Assembly: GCA_964247055.1 (NCBI GenBank)
Contig: OZ176052.1
Coordinates: 1,550,001 to 1,614,000 of the forward strand
Length of the DNA: 64,000 nt
Direction: 5' to 3'
Source: Paragordius varius
Taxonomy: Eukaryota; Animalia; Nematomorpha
Part shown: piece after piece, positions 1 to 13,700 of the stretch
Layout: every line of letters begins with the position of its first letter
Numbering within the stretch: the stretch's first letter is position 1
Program-made: the position numbers and the translations under genes
The notes under the pieces: model-generated
Told to the model about the DNA's origin: nothing
Database searches by the model: none
What the model saw: only the letters and a program-made list of their open reading frames with translations

Positions 1-1451
1 TATAGCAAATGTTTATGATAAATAACACTAACACTCTTGTTGTAAAAATGATATTCACAGAATTTTTAATGCGTGTTTTACATTGCATGCTGCTAGTTAC
101 ATGCTATAAAAAGTACAAAAAATGTAATGAGATGGAAAGGAGGAAAAGATAATATCATCTATTTTCTATAAAAAAAATGTGCTGCATAAAAAAAATATAA
201 AAACAATGCGAAGGACTGACTATTTTATCTATATGAGGATAAAAACAAACAAGAAATGAATGTATGAAAAATAATGTGTTTTGTGTATTTGCTTGAAAAA
301 TCATCATATAAAGTACAATTAATAAAATGTTTCTTAAACGGTGTTTATCTAAAATTAAAGGTGTAAATTATGTTTTCAATAGCTATTTTATAAAATCTAA
401 AAAATTTAATCAATCTTCTAATTAAATTATTTAGCTTAAAAGCTAAAATTTAAAACCTTGTACCTCGGACTTAAATAAAAAAAAGTTGCATGAAATGGCT
501 AAAAAATATCCGTATCTTCAAAATATTTTGACTATGAATTTTTGTATAAAAAATTAAATAAAAGAGTTATAAATTTTATGTATGAAAAATACAGAAATTT
601 ATATATGTCAAATTTTGGTGTGAGTTATACTTTGGGAAATTCTAGAAGGATGGACATTTACTATTTGGGGTTAAACGGCGTATCCATGTATGAATGGCAA
701 TAACATGCGCCAAACACCTTCATTATTATTTTTAGCTTAAAGCATAACACTTGAAATCTGAATTTAAATATATAATATACAAGCTGTGCCTGTCACATGT
801 CGCTATGAAGTATTAGACACCATTGTGGATTTTTCTATAATATATTTTCCAATTATTAAATGTTTTATATTAATTTTAACTTAGGTGTATTTTTCATTAT
901 ACACAATGGTTAATATAGAGGCTCTTGTATAAAAATTTTGCCTTAAACAAATTTTATTGCCATGATTTTATCCTGGTAGTATCAATATTCGGAAATGGTT
1001 AATAACCACTTTTATATATGGATCTGAATTTAACATATAGTATGGATAAGGTGACCAGACGTCCCGCTTTTTCACACTTTGTCCCGCGTCCCGCTACGTT
1101 TTTAAAATCGCTTTTTCACGATTATCTAAAAAATTTTTTTTATCCGTTTAAATTTTTTATCATAAAATATATTTTAAGTTATTCAATTTTAAATTAAGAT
1201 TTTTTATTTTTAAATTAAAAATATTTATTTTTTTCGTATTTATATCATATGATTATACACTTTGCTTCCTACTACTGTCATCATTATCAAAAAGCCAAGT
1301 TAATACCACAAATCTCTAGATTAAAAGACAAATTAATACCGCAAATCGGTAGCTTAAAGGACAAATTGTACCACAAATCCGTACCTTACATGTTTGTTCC
1401 AGAAAATTAAGGTAATATAATAGTTATTATACTAATAGTAGTTTATAATAT

Positions 1452-3295
1452 GAGCACAAAAAGAGGTTGTAAATTCAACGATAAATTAATGAAAGAATTT
1501 CCTTTTATCAAAACGAAGAATAAATCATTTATGTTTTTTATGCGAGGGGGAATTCACCCTAGAACATGGCGGCAAGCATGATATTACAAAGCAATTGTAA
1601 ACACAGAAACATAAAGAAATATTTGGATATAGCGGCATCATCTTACAAAATGAGTGATTTTTATCGAAAAACCGCTTTTGAAGAGGAAGAGAAGGATTTA
1701 CATTAGCCGAAGGCGTTTTATCTTTTCACGCCGTTTATCAAAATCATTCCTTTAGATCTATGGATTGTACCTCACAAGTTATTCGCACGTTATTCCATAA
1801 AAAATATACATGTGCCCGTACAAAGGCTGAAGCCATTGTGTGCAATGTCCTTTCGCCACAAATATTTTCTGAAATACAAAAAGATTTGCTGAAAATTAAT
1901 TTTTTATCTCTCTACTCTAATGCATCAAATCACCAAGAAACAAAATTATTTCCTACTTTAATAAGATATTTGGATTCAGAAACCGGAGTAAATAAAAATT
2001 TAAAATTAATTTCTCCACCCAGTGAAAATTCCGAAATAATATTTACTTCAATAATGCATATTCTAAAAAAAAATAATTTAAAAGTCAAAATTATCGCATA
2101 TTGCGCTGACAACATCAATACGAACTCTGGTGGAAAAGCAAGGAGGGGAACAAAAAATATTTTAAATTAACATATCTTAATCAAAACATTATTGGCGTCG
2201 GGTGTGCAGCGCATATAATACACAACGCTATTCAAACAGCTGCTGATTTGTTACCCCTAGATGTGGAAAATGTAGTTGTTAAAATATATCCCTATTTTTA
2301 TATATGCACGGTACGCGTTGCTCTTAAGAAATTATGTGAAATGCAGAAGTTCAATATTACAAAATGTTTGGATTTTGTAAAACTCGTTGGTTAGCTCCTC
2401 TGCCAGCTATCGAAAGAATTTTAAAAATGTATGTCCTTAAAAATCATTTTTTTATCACAGGACAAATGTCTTACAACTTTAAAAATTTTTGAAAGTGATT
2501 CTTCAAAAATATGGTTAGAATTCTTATAATCAAGCTTCTCCTTTCAAAATGTTATTAATTTTATAGAAGGTGACAAAATTTCGGCAATCGAAGTAGCCAA
2601 TAAAAATAATAACCTAAAATTATAATGTCAAGAACGGTTAGAAAATAATTTTCTACCATTAATCATCCGCAATATAATAAATAATTTAGAAAAACAAGGC
2701 TTAATAAATCGCCAAGCTATCCTGTACCATATTAAAATGTTTTATGCAAACTGTAAAGATTATTTGGAAGACTGGACGACACAATTCAATGAAATTGATC
2801 ATTTTCATTGGATAACATTAAAATCAGAATTTAATTGGTGCGATGTTCAAAAATCATTTAATTATATCTGTTCCCAAAAATTCTCAAAAAGTAATCTTTC
2901 AGAAAATTATCTTTTTTCTGAAGAATCATTAGTTAAAAGATATATTAATATGAAAAACTTAAATTATGGACAAAATAAAAATATACAGTAGAAAAGAAAT
3001 GGTTGGAAATATTTCATCATTTTGAAGCCAACTATATTACATACAATAATATTTTAAAAATTGTGGAATTCGCACTATCTTTACCTGAAACCAACGCTGC
3101 TACTGAGCACGTTTTTTCCACAGTAAATCCGGTGTGGACATAGGAAAAATCAAATTTAAATGTTGAAACTTTAAAGGCCGTTTTATCTGTCAAATATAAT
3201 TTGACAATTCTTGTGAAGACTTCTACAATATTTTAAAAAATGATGACAATCTGCTAAAACGCATTCACTCAAACAAAAAATATACCAAAGAATAA
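1452..3295 (+). pseudogene. hAT transposase pseudogene (frameshifts and stops)
   Basis: ATG at 1452 (MSTKRGCKF...); ORF pieces 1760-2170 (YCADNINTN) and 2737-2991; GVGCAAHIIHN, KTRWL-like and SLPETNAATEHVFS (hAT C-terminal dimerisation motif) segments lie in different frames. Confidence 0.85.
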
Positions 3296-3309
3296 AATAA
3301 TTTCTTTAT

Positions 3310-4165
3310 AGTTTTTGCGTTAAAAAATAAACAAAATTACTTAAAATATTGTATATGTCTTCTTAATTTGTCAAATTATATTTGAACACATAAAATGGCT
3401 TTTATTCAACAATTTGATTCCGTGTCCTTACTTAATTTACTGTGGAAAAACGCGTTCAATAGCAGTGGTTCAGGTAAAGATAATAATTCTACAATTAAAA
3501 TATTATTATATGGAACATAATTTTTTAAAAATGATTATTTTAACCATTTTTATCCTACATATTTTTTCCTGTTGTCCATAATATAAGTTTTCATTCAATA
3601 TATTTATTTAATAATGAGACTTCATAAAAAAGTGTCATTGTGCACCGTCCTGTCTTCCAAATAATCGTTTCTGTTTGTATAAAACATTTTTATATTCTGG
3701 CTATTCGTTGAGCCTTGTTTTTCTGGATGCTTTATAATATTGTGATTAGGTAATGGTATAAAATTATTTTCTAACCTTTTTTGACTTGGAATTTTAACCT
3801 TTGTCCTGTGATAAAAAATTGGATTCTAGGAGATCACATTTTTATAAATATTTCAATCGCTGGCAAAAGAGCTAACCAACAGTTCTACAATATCCAAGCA
3901 TTTTAACATCTATATTTTCCACATCCAGGGGTAACAAATCAGTAGCTGTTTGAATAGCGTTGTGTATCTGCCAATAATGTTTTGATTAAGATTATTCGCT
4001 AAATTGTTAAAAATATTTTTTGTGCCGCTTCTTGCATCACCCAGCGCACTTTGTGATGATTTCATCTTTATTATTTTTTTCTAGAATATTACAATCACTT
4101 CACCCTTTGTTCGTGCACATGTAAATTTATTGAATAAGGTATCAAACAACCTGTAAGGTACAAAT
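3310..4165 (-). repeat. Inverted, internally deleted copy of the transposase region ~1760-3240
   Basis: Reverse complement of ~3905-3965 matches ~2221-2286 closely (ACACAACGCTATTCAAACAGCT.CTGATTTGTTACCCCT.GATGTGGAAAAT); further colinear matches to ~1760-1830, 2130-2200, 2360-2470, 2630-2780 and 3050-3240. Confidence 0.85.
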
Positions 4166-5451
4166 TTTTTTATATTTATAATGTATTTGTGTTAAAAATA
4201 AATAAATTTTACAATAAATTTTTTGTATAAAAATTTTGGTTGTCCCCAATGACCCTCTCCCCTTCTCAGATTTGTCCCGCTTTTTCCTTCAAAAAATCTG
4301 GTCACCTTAAGTATGGCCTTACCCAAAGCTTTAAAAACAGGAAGCTAAATTTTTTGCTTTTACACCGGAAATACTAAAATTGATCAATGGTCTCATCTAT
4401 TTTATAAAGGCCATTAAACTTAATTTGGTGGCGCATTTTACAGAAAGTGGAGCTCAACGGCTAATTAAAGAAGACTGTGGAATTTTGATTTAATACGAGA
4501 AATCCTAATTATTATATACATCTTAAAGAGTTTCCGATTACTCAACACCTCGTTCTGTGTCTATAACAAGGTATTAACATAAGTCGAGATTAAAAACACC
4601 TAATCTAAAATTCTTTAAACGGGTAAATTCTACTTTAATTGAATCTATATGAATTAACTTAGACGAAAATTAGCATGAATCAGTTATTTTGATATGATGA
4701 GTATTTAACATAGGGTGTAGCTTCTAGTGGTTCAACAGAAGTGGCTTCGTCGGCCTCATTTGAAAATATATGCAATAATAATTTATTAACTTTTCAACAT
4801 ATGACTGTAAAATGCCGACACAATATAACATTTTTTTCTAGATTTTGTCAATTGGGCATAATTATTTAGAATTTTTATAAGAAATATCAATTTTACTAAG
4901 ATTTTGTGATTATAATATTGCAAATAGAGTTCCAAATTTTCGCGGGCTGCGCATTAAGTCACGAGTGCCACGTGTTGGCCTCCCCTGCTCTAGTGGCCTA
5001 TCATAAAAGGTGATTCACAATTCTTTTAAATTGGAAATGACTAAAACTACCGTTAAATATATTTGGTCTCTAAACTTGTAGGAAAATTAGATTCAAACCA
5101 CGTTATTTTATATGGCGGCGCATTTTCGAGAGATAACTCTGCCCAGAGTTTAGTTTAAAAAGCGATGGACTCATCTAAAACCACTAGTGAATAAAAATTT
5201 ATAATTCAGACGAATAATAAATTAAAAATGTATTTTTGGTCAATGTAATTCAAGGTGAGCCATACACTGGGTCTTATTCATGCATGTGATTTAATATTCT
5301 TACATCTTGATTAATGAATTAAATCAAAAATGTGTTTTCAACACAAAAACAAATAGAAATCATGTTTTATCTCTAACTCGTTATATTTTTGGAAAAATGT
5401 TGAATTTTGAAAAAGTGCTGATTTTTGTTCGAAAGTATTGAGTATAAATGA

Positions 5452-7400
5452 AATATAAAAATGGAAAATGCAGGCTTTGTGATCTGTTTCCGGAAAACCG
5501 GTAGAACCATAAATCTGAATTGTGAAAAAATATAATCTTTAATGAATGCCCTGACAATCGCTTCGCCCTTTTTTTGAATTAAGCCCCAGTTCGGGCCCAC
5601 CTCGTGTGAAAAACGGTTTTTTTGAAAACAAGTCCACAAAAATGGTGTTTGAGACAATTTTCCGGAAAATCTGTTGGACCATTCGATTTCAAATATAATT
5701 TTTTTTTACTTTCTTTGGATTGCGCCGAACATAGTCGGCTTGCTTTTTTAAGCCTTCTTTTTACCCGCGCCCCCCGTAAAATGCCATTTTTTCAAAAAAA
5801 TTAAGTCCACAAAAATAATTTTTTGAATTTATTTTTCGCACAAGGTATGAGACCGTCAAAGTTCAATGATAATTCCAGGTATTCCCTGTTAAAAGGCAAA
5901 ACTTTTAGTCGTGCGTTTTTTATATTGTCTGCTGGGTAAGAAAATACCCGCTAAAAACTGCCCCGTCATATCGAAACATGTGTTTAATAGCTGCTTAAAA
6001 TATTACCAGTAACAAGGCAAAAATTTAGGTCGTGTGGTTTATTAAATTAGCCGTTAATTAAGCCCTTCACGCCCTGAAAAATGCGCCAACATAGAATGAT
6101 TTTTTAGTTTTGAGGCAATTTTTTCAAAAACTAATAAGAGCATATGGAATCAATTATGATTTCAGGTATTTTCCGTAAAAGGCAAAAATTTTAATCATTG
6201 TGGTATCAGCCTTTGGGTAGGGTACCCGCCTAAAACTGCGAAATCATATTGCGTTGTTTATGAGTTAATTTTCAGAAAATTTATCAGGTCATATAAGTTT
6301 AATAAGGGCCTGAAATAATACCCGTAAAAAGGCAAAAATTAAAGTCGAGCGGTTAAATTAGCCATTAATTAGGCCCTTTACCCCCTAAAAAATGCGCTAT
6401 CATTGAACAATTTAGTTTTGAAGCCATTCTTTCAAACATTTTTAAAAACATATGGAATGAATGATGATTCCAGGTGTTACAAAGGCAAAAATTTCTATTG
6501 CACGTCTTTTTTATATTGGCCTCTGGGTAGGGAGCTATCCACCTACAACTGCGCTACCATATCGAAACAGCGTGACTTTGGAGGTAAATTTTAGAAAACT
6601 TATCAGGCCATGCTTGAAATATTACCCGTAAAAAGTAAAAAGTACAGCGGTTTTATTAAATTACCTCTTAATTAGGCCCTTGCCCTGAATAATGGCCCAC
6701 CATAGAATAACTTTTTGATTTTGAGGCAATTTTTTGAAAATCCCACGAGAGCATATGGAATCAATCATGATTCCAAGTACTACCCGAAATAAGGCCAAAA
6801 TTTTAATCGAGCGTTTTTTTTCTTTCGCCCCTGTTTAGTGGACTACCCGCATAAAACTGGGTCCCTATATCGATACAGCATGCCTTCGGAGCCAAATTTC
6901 AGAAAAAGCTTGAGACTATGCGAGTTCAATAAGGGCTTAAATTCATATTACTCCTTAAAAATAAATATTATATTATATTATAGGGGATTATCAATGAGTC
7001 GCTAAGTAAAGTTATACGCCATGAAAAATGCGCCGCCATGGAAGTTTTTTTAGTTCAAAAGCAATATCTCCAAGACTTTATAGGAACATATGGAATCCAT
7101 GATAATTCCAGATATTCCCCATATAAAAGTAAAAATTTTGCCCAACGCTTTTTTATGCCTCCCCCTGGGTAAGGTAAAAACTGCGCCACTATATATAAAT
7201 TGCGTTGTTTTGCAGCTAATTTTCAGAACATTTATGAAGCCATGTCAGCTCATTAAAAACTTGAAATATTATCCTTAACTACGTAAAAATCAAGGTAAGG
7301 CGTTTTTTATTAGCCGAGGCCTTTATGCCCTAAAAATACGCCATCATATAACGATAATTTAGTGTTGAGGTATTTTTTCGAATAACCCATGAGACGATGA
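5452..7400 (-). mobile_element. Helentron/DINE-1-like non-autonomous element with internal ~300-bp tandem array
   Basis: 5452-5900 is the reverse complement of the core shared with 9391-9955, 15585-16147 and 16365-17259; 5860-7400 holds about five degenerate ~300-bp units, with AAAGGCAAAA and TTAAATTAGCC motifs recurring about every 150 or 300 bp. Family assignment is inferred from architecture. Confidence 0.6.
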
Positions 7401-8287
7401 TATCATAAGGTATATAAATAGATACAAAAAATAAATATTTAAGTTTTACCTAATGGCTTCTATCTACGGTGATCTATTCATGAAAATTAAAAAACATATG
7501 GATATTAGTTCCAACCTTAAATGGAAGGTGTTGTAATAGGATGAAATGTGCCAGCATCGTAATTGCTTATTCTTTTATGTCCTCGCGACTGGGCAGGCAA
7601 GATTTGTTTATATCCTTATCATTTAATAAAAAAAAGGGGAATACACAATTTGACTAATGTGCCTTAATCTATCTTTTTGTAACTTTATGTTTGATTCTTT
7701 AAAACTAGTTGGTTGAATGACATGAATGAATTATATTAACTGTGTTTTTTAAATAAAATATATTTTACATATTATATATGTGTCTCTAAATTTGTCTACT
7801 TATATGATATGCGTTATTCTATTTATTGTCTATACCAGAATTTGATTGGAATCATATATATAGTAATAATAAAATCATTTTAATCACATAAGCTAGTGAT
7901 GAATTACATAAAGGATAGCATAAATGTTATAACTATTATTTTTAATAAATTATATTTCCCGAAGAATTTTTTTCATCCAAAACGTTTTTGATAAAATCTT
8001 CATAATGATGTACCAAATAATATGGTTGATAGTCCCGTCGACAAACAGTATCTTTTCTTAAAGCAAGTAACATACCATGACAAACTAAGGGCATTCCCAA
8101 ATCATTCTACATTACATAGGATTATTTAATTTTAGTAATAAATGTAAAAAAACTTAATAGCTATGTGTTGTGTTGTTTAAGATGATCATTCCTAATTTTT
8201 TTATATAACAGTAACGAAATCTATGCTTGGCCCCTTCATATTTTATATGGCTAAAAGGGTAGGTAATTAATTTATATGTCCTTAATA

Positions 8288-8660
8288 CTCCATTACCTTT
8301 GTGGTAGCTTTTATATCCCAGAGCGATTTGAAATTTGAATTTCTTAAAATATATCTAAGGTATTAGGCCGAATTAAAACATATGCTTTCTTTAAGCTCGT
8401 AAGCACATTATACAAAAAAACGATAAAACAATGTAAAATTGTTAAAAATATCCTCATACTTTATTGATGCGATATTTTTTCTAAAAAAACTTTATATCCC
8501 TAATGCAACAGACAAATAAATGTATATTATGGTTTGAAAATGTTAATTAAATTAATTAAGCTCTCATCAGGTTACATTTACTAGCAAAAACTTGATAATT
8601 GATTTCAAAATCAGCTGTTTAATTCAATCGTGTTGTTTTGGAGCTGTCCCATCAAGACTC
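8288..8660. repeat. Dispersed repeat family R2 (also ~14210-14520, ~24660-25010 and inverted at ~23520-23640, ~24250-24420)
   Basis: Shared core TTTTATATCCCA.AGCG...GGTATTAGGCCGAATT...ATCGCTAATACAACAG seen in several copies in both orientations; class not determined. Confidence 0.6.
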
Positions 8661-9390
8661 TAGACCGTAAGAAATATTAGTTTTTTATCTAATACAGGAG
8701 AACAATGTTGTTTAATAATTAAATTTTAACTAAAATAACCAAAAAGTAGTTTAATTACAAGATTCAACTACCTCCATAAGTCATCGTGGACAAAAAGTTG
8801 AAGGTAATGAAGGGTTAAGAATATTAAATTTTTCAATAAATTAAAATTGCAAAAAAAAACGTGGCGCACATAGTTTTTGGAATTCGTATGTTGGCAAATG
8901 GATTGCCGTAAAATAAATTAAAATTAAACTCATGAGATTTAATAAATAAATAGAAAAATATTTATAATTAAATTATTAAAATTTGTTTATAAATATAGAA
9001 TTTAACATTGTTAAAATTTAAAAAATTCATGCAAGTTCAAATGATTGCTATGTATTAATTACCGTTTAGTTTACATTTAGACTTTTAGAATTCAATGAAA
9101 TCAAAACTTAACATTTTACAAGAAGATGCAATCAATTTTAATAATTTAATACTTTTTGATAATTTTATAAAATAATAAGACATTGCCATTGGAATTAAAT
9201 TAAATAATTAATGCACGCAGAAGTTTGGAAATCTAAATAGTAACCGTTTCCAGAATATAAACATTTAAACAAATATGATGATTATATATTAAAAATCGTG
9301 ATAATTTAATATACAATCTTTGTTTAATATTTTATTATTTATATATATTTTTTATATTGATTTATTATTTGTCCTGATGTTTTATTGTTA

Positions 9391-9955
9391 ACTAGCGTAA
9401 ATCTCGTGTTGCTACGCAGCTTGAGGAAGTCCTTCCTCCGGGGGGGGGGGGGTCTTTTGAAAAAATGGACAATATCCACATATCCTTACCCAGCGGCTAT
9501 CATCAAAGAAACGCTTGACTAAAATTTTTGACTTTTAACAGGAAATACGTGGAATCCTTATTGAATTTTTACGGTCTCACACCTTGGGCGAAAAATAGAA
9601 TCAAAAAATTGACTTTGTTTTTTGAAAAAATGGCATTTTACGGGGGGAGCGGGTAAAAAGTGGCCTAAATTAAAAATGCGACCCGACTATGTTCGGCGCA
9701 ATCGAAAATAAGTAAACAAAAATTATATTTGAAATTGAATGGTCCAACACGTTTTCGGGATAATTTGTAGACTTGTGTTTTTTAAAAAAAACCATTTTTT
9801 ACACGGGGTGGGCCCGAACTGGGGCCTAATTTAAAAAAGGGCGAAGCTATTGCCGGGGCATTCAGTAATGATTATATTTTTTCGATATTTGGATTTGAAT
9901 GGGTTTACCGGAAACAAATCAAGCCAGCATTTTCCATTTTTATAAATATATAGAT
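9391..9955 (+). mobile_element. Short copy of the same Helentron/DINE-like element
   Basis: Starts ACTAGC...CTCGTGTTGCTACGC plus a poly-G tract, carries the conserved core, ends ...CATTTTTATAAATATATAGAT in T-rich flanks; no obvious TSD. Lies in intron 5 of pseudoprotease copy A. Confidence 0.65.
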
Positions 9956-12900
9956 TTTTTATTAATTTTTCTCCTGATTTATTATTAATTATTATTTTAA
10001 GCGATTCACCTTTTTTACTTACCAACCTAACATCTAAAAAAGAGGGTTATCTACTATTTCTTATAAGTCGTAATTATAAAAAAAAAATATAAAATGCTAA
10101 ATGACATGTAAATTAAAAGCCCCTTTTAGCCATCTCTAAAATAAAGATAGGGGACCAATATTAGCTATCGCTATCGTATAATTGTTCATATTTTTTAACG
10201 CTAGAAGTGTGATATCGATTGTAATAAATGATAATCCTGATAAGCAGACTAATATTGTTAGATATATATGTCCAGTGAAAACAAATATAAAATTATGATA
10301 TAAAACTTGATTTGATTACATAAAAAATGTAATTCCAAATAAATTATTTATCTAATAATAGTAATTTTAAGCTATTTTGTCATACTTTGTTTTTATTTAA
10401 TTTTAACAAATTGCTATTCGTTATCTCATTTAAGTGAGTAATTTGACAGTTTTAATTTTTTTTGATTATAAACACAACGACATCATAACAACAAAACACA
10501 TTATGGGTTGGGTTAAGGGTTTAAAACAAATGGCTTCTCAGGCCAAATTTTTGACTCAAAAGATCCGACGGGTTGCATTTAAAAAATATATAGGCATTAA
10601 TGAATATTTTATGAGCTCTTAAAAACATAAGACTGTAAAAATAAAAACATGATATATAACTACTATTTAGATCTTTTTAAGTACATAACCAATTGGAAAG
10701 GATTACAGAAATTTGTTTAAAAAATATCGATTTGTGAGATTATGCTTGCAAATAATGTAATTTCACATTATTTATTTAGTAATTTCAAAATTTTTCGCGA
10801 GCCGCATGTTTTGGATACCCTTGGGTTAAGACTCCTAGGAAATGATAAAAAATAATTTTTAAATTAATCAATACCTGGCATTCATAATCATAATCTTCAA
10901 TTTCCCTATTATCAACATCAACAATATCAGACCCGTTTTTAGATTTCAACTGGTCTCGGTGAATGGTGTGAAAAAAACGCTCCGAAGCTTAATTTATAAC
11001 TTTATCAGTTATGAAGAAAACTGCAAATGGATATATATATGTAAAAATGAATGAGATTTAACAACAATACATTTATAATTGCAAATTTTCGTTGTTTTAA
11101 TATAGAGATTACGAAAAATAATAATTAGTTATGAGATAGATATTAGAAATAATTTAAAATCAACAACAGGCATAAAAGTGTTTTTGAATGAATGTTATTT
11201 AAAAAAGCATTTTTTATATTCTACAAGGGTTCGCGATTAGATCTAAATCTAAATCATAAGTCATTAAACCCTTAGAGATTTATAATACAAATTTTTCATC
11301 TTACATGATGTTAGTTTATTGAAAATGCCTTGGTATACACCAAACCTATAAGCATGACACGGCGCACTAATATAGGCATTCATATTAAAAGGAAATTTTG
11401 ATTTGTATGTTGTCAAATCTGTAAAATCCGATGGAACTTCCAATGAAAAGGGTGGTACATCCTGCTCTTCGCTAAGTAGCAGTATGGATAAAGGATTGTT
11501 TTCAGGCCCATTAATAATACGTTCTACTTTAATGTTAAAATCTTTCAAAGTTGTTCCCCCTTGAATGGATATATCATCGGGACTAAAATAATATCAATAA
11601 TAATTATTGCTTTTATCCAACAATAAAATTGATAGAGAATGTAAATCGCTGGCTATGAAAAAAAATATTTAGAAAATATTATAATCGGTTATAAAATAAA
11701 TTAAGATTCTCATAGGAAATCATTTAATGAAGTTTTTGACATTTGGGATCATGGCATATCAATGAATGGCAATTAGGATTGTATAAATTTTTTTGGTAAA
11801 AGCCAGGTTTTAAATCAAAATAATATGTTATAATAAATAGAAACAATCATATTATGCACAAATATTTAGATGTAGGCTTGGAAAGTCTCACATTTTTAAA
11901 CTCAACTTGTTTTTTTGAATTCGCAAAAGTGTGAGATTCCGCCCTAAAAATTCACACATGTAAATTTATAAAAAATGCATAATTTAGATTAGCAAAATTG
12001 TTTGAAGTCTGGGGATGATAGTAAAAAATCATTATTGATAATATAAAACTTTATCTATATAACGATGATGTTCTTGAAGAATCCCACCTCAGGATTTAAA
12101 TATATTTCCAAAATAACAAAAATTTTTTTAAAACGAACAATTTTTTTTTAAGTTCTGAGGTGATAGAAATTTGCAGTAATTTACATTGAAAAAAATATAT
12201 TTCTCCACCATGCTTAAAAATCCATAAAATACGCTTTCAAATTTTGTTATAATTTAAAACTTTGAGGCATAGTATGCATTTTGTTAAAAAATAACTTTTT
12301 GAATATGTATTTTATAAATTTCAAACGTAAGCATATTAAAAGGCAAACGAAATCAAACAATCTAGTGCGTTGTCATTTCATTTTTTATCGGGCCAAACCT
12401 AATAAGCCAAGGGCCTCATACTAACTGCGATTCGCGTGTTAGACACCCCTGATATAGTATAATTAACTGTTTAATCAGAGAGATGTGTTAGTTTATTTAA
12501 TTATAATATTTTTCATACAATTCAAAGAATTAAAATAATATATAATACTTGGCGTCTTTCACGCACTCCTTTAGTGTTAAAATGTGTTTTCGGGAAACGT
12601 AACTCCCTTGACAGTTTTTTGATGGAAGCACTATTTTAACCTAATATAAATAGTCTGTTAATATAAACCCATTCTTAATGGTCGTAGAAATCAAATTTTT
12701 TGATAAATTTAATCACAATAACCTCAAAAAGAATAGAGATAGAATGTCATTTAGAGAAATAAACGTATTTTTGTTTATAATAGTTTCCTTTATCACAGTA
12801 ACAAACGTTACAAAAGAGGTAATATAACCTAAATCATTAATTTATGGGTAGCTTTAAAGCAGTTGTGTTTGATAAAAAAAAGTAACACATTACCGGGGTA

Positions 12901-13559
12901 GTTTATAGTTTTAAATATAAATGACTCAACAAGCATTTTAATGCCAAATTAAAATAAAAATATAGATTCCTTGTTGCTTTTTAAGCGTACGAAAAAATAT
13001 TATAAAAATAATCTAATGTAGAGATATTTTCTCCATCTCAAATTTTAAAACGCCAAGTTTTTCTGACTGCATCGTTTTGGCCAATACAAATATCTTATGG
13101 TTAAAAACCAAAATTTTACTTAAAAATAATTTTGATTGCATTTTTCAATAATTATTAATTTTAAAAGCAGCCGCTTGCAATTGCATTTGATACTATCTAA
13201 ATCTTGCCAAAAACTTACAAAACTATAAAAAATAAAAACTGTTTTATTAGCGGTTTATATAAATATTAAGTTTATCAATGAAAGTTTTTTTCAAATCAAA
13301 GTATATAAATATTAACGCAATATATAAAAAAATATAATTACATGGTTTGCTTGATTTTTATAATATTTGTCAAAACTAACAACATAGCTAGGAGTGTCCA
13401 TAAGAAAACCTAAAAAGAGAGGGTATTAAAAGGAGTTATTATGCGCATTAAACGTTAGCAATATAAAAGATTACCTCCTAAAGAATGACCAAAAAGCATG
13501 GAGATTGAAATTATTAGAAGAGTGAATTCCATCGTTAACTGCGAATTTATTAATGATTA

Positions 13560-13700
13560 TCAATCCCATTTAGAGCATCTTCTTATATAGTTTTTTTTAC
13601 AGGTATTTGATTATTTCGAAATCTTACGCAATCTTTAATACAATTTTAAATTTGGCCCTTTTCCAATAACGAATCTCGTGAAATGGGCTATCATTTTAAG
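13560..13700 (-). promoter_or_regulatory. Proximal promoter of pseudoprotease A (TATA-like box plus blocks conserved with copy B)
   Basis: Minus-strand TATATAAG about 50 bp upstream of ATG; blocks AATCTTACGCAATCTTTAAT and CAATAACGAATCTCGTGAAAT shared with 22820-22940. Confidence 0.55.

Larger units (their letters stand above)
1047..4309 (+). mobile_element. hAT-superfamily DNA transposon (Blackjack-like termini), defective, with internal inverted rearrangement
   Basis: Terminal inverted repeats TAAGGTGACCAGA at 1047-1059 and TCTGGTCACCTTA at 4297-4309; 8-bp target-site duplication AGTATGGA (1039-1046) / AGTATGGC (4310-4317); subterminal GTCCCG motifs; transposase remnant inside. Confidence 0.9.
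7942..13532 (-). pseudogene. Secreted trypsin-like serine protease homolog, copy A (catalytically dead; premature TAA in exon 5)
   Basis: GT-AG exons 13532-13475, 13409-13342, 12640-12549, 11582-11305, 11020-10875, 8106-7942 (807 nt, phases consistent). Signal peptide MEFTLLIISISMLFGHSLG; NCQGSYVSRKHILTLKEC; CHAYRFG; ECQNDLGMPLVC. In-frame TAA at 10989-10991 where copy B has CAG. Confidence 0.8.

Noticed and set aside
5373-7278. ORFs 5373-5657, 5622-5804, 6403-6594, 7090-7278 and their relatives at 9831, 15894, 15929, 16353, 16794
   Set aside because: All fall in copies of the same non-coding repeat; frames are not conserved between copies and no protein motif is present.
5860-7400. Regularly spaced repeats that might suggest a CRISPR array
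   Set aside because: Units are long and degenerate with no identical short repeats or unique spacers, no cas genes, and the context is eukaryotic.
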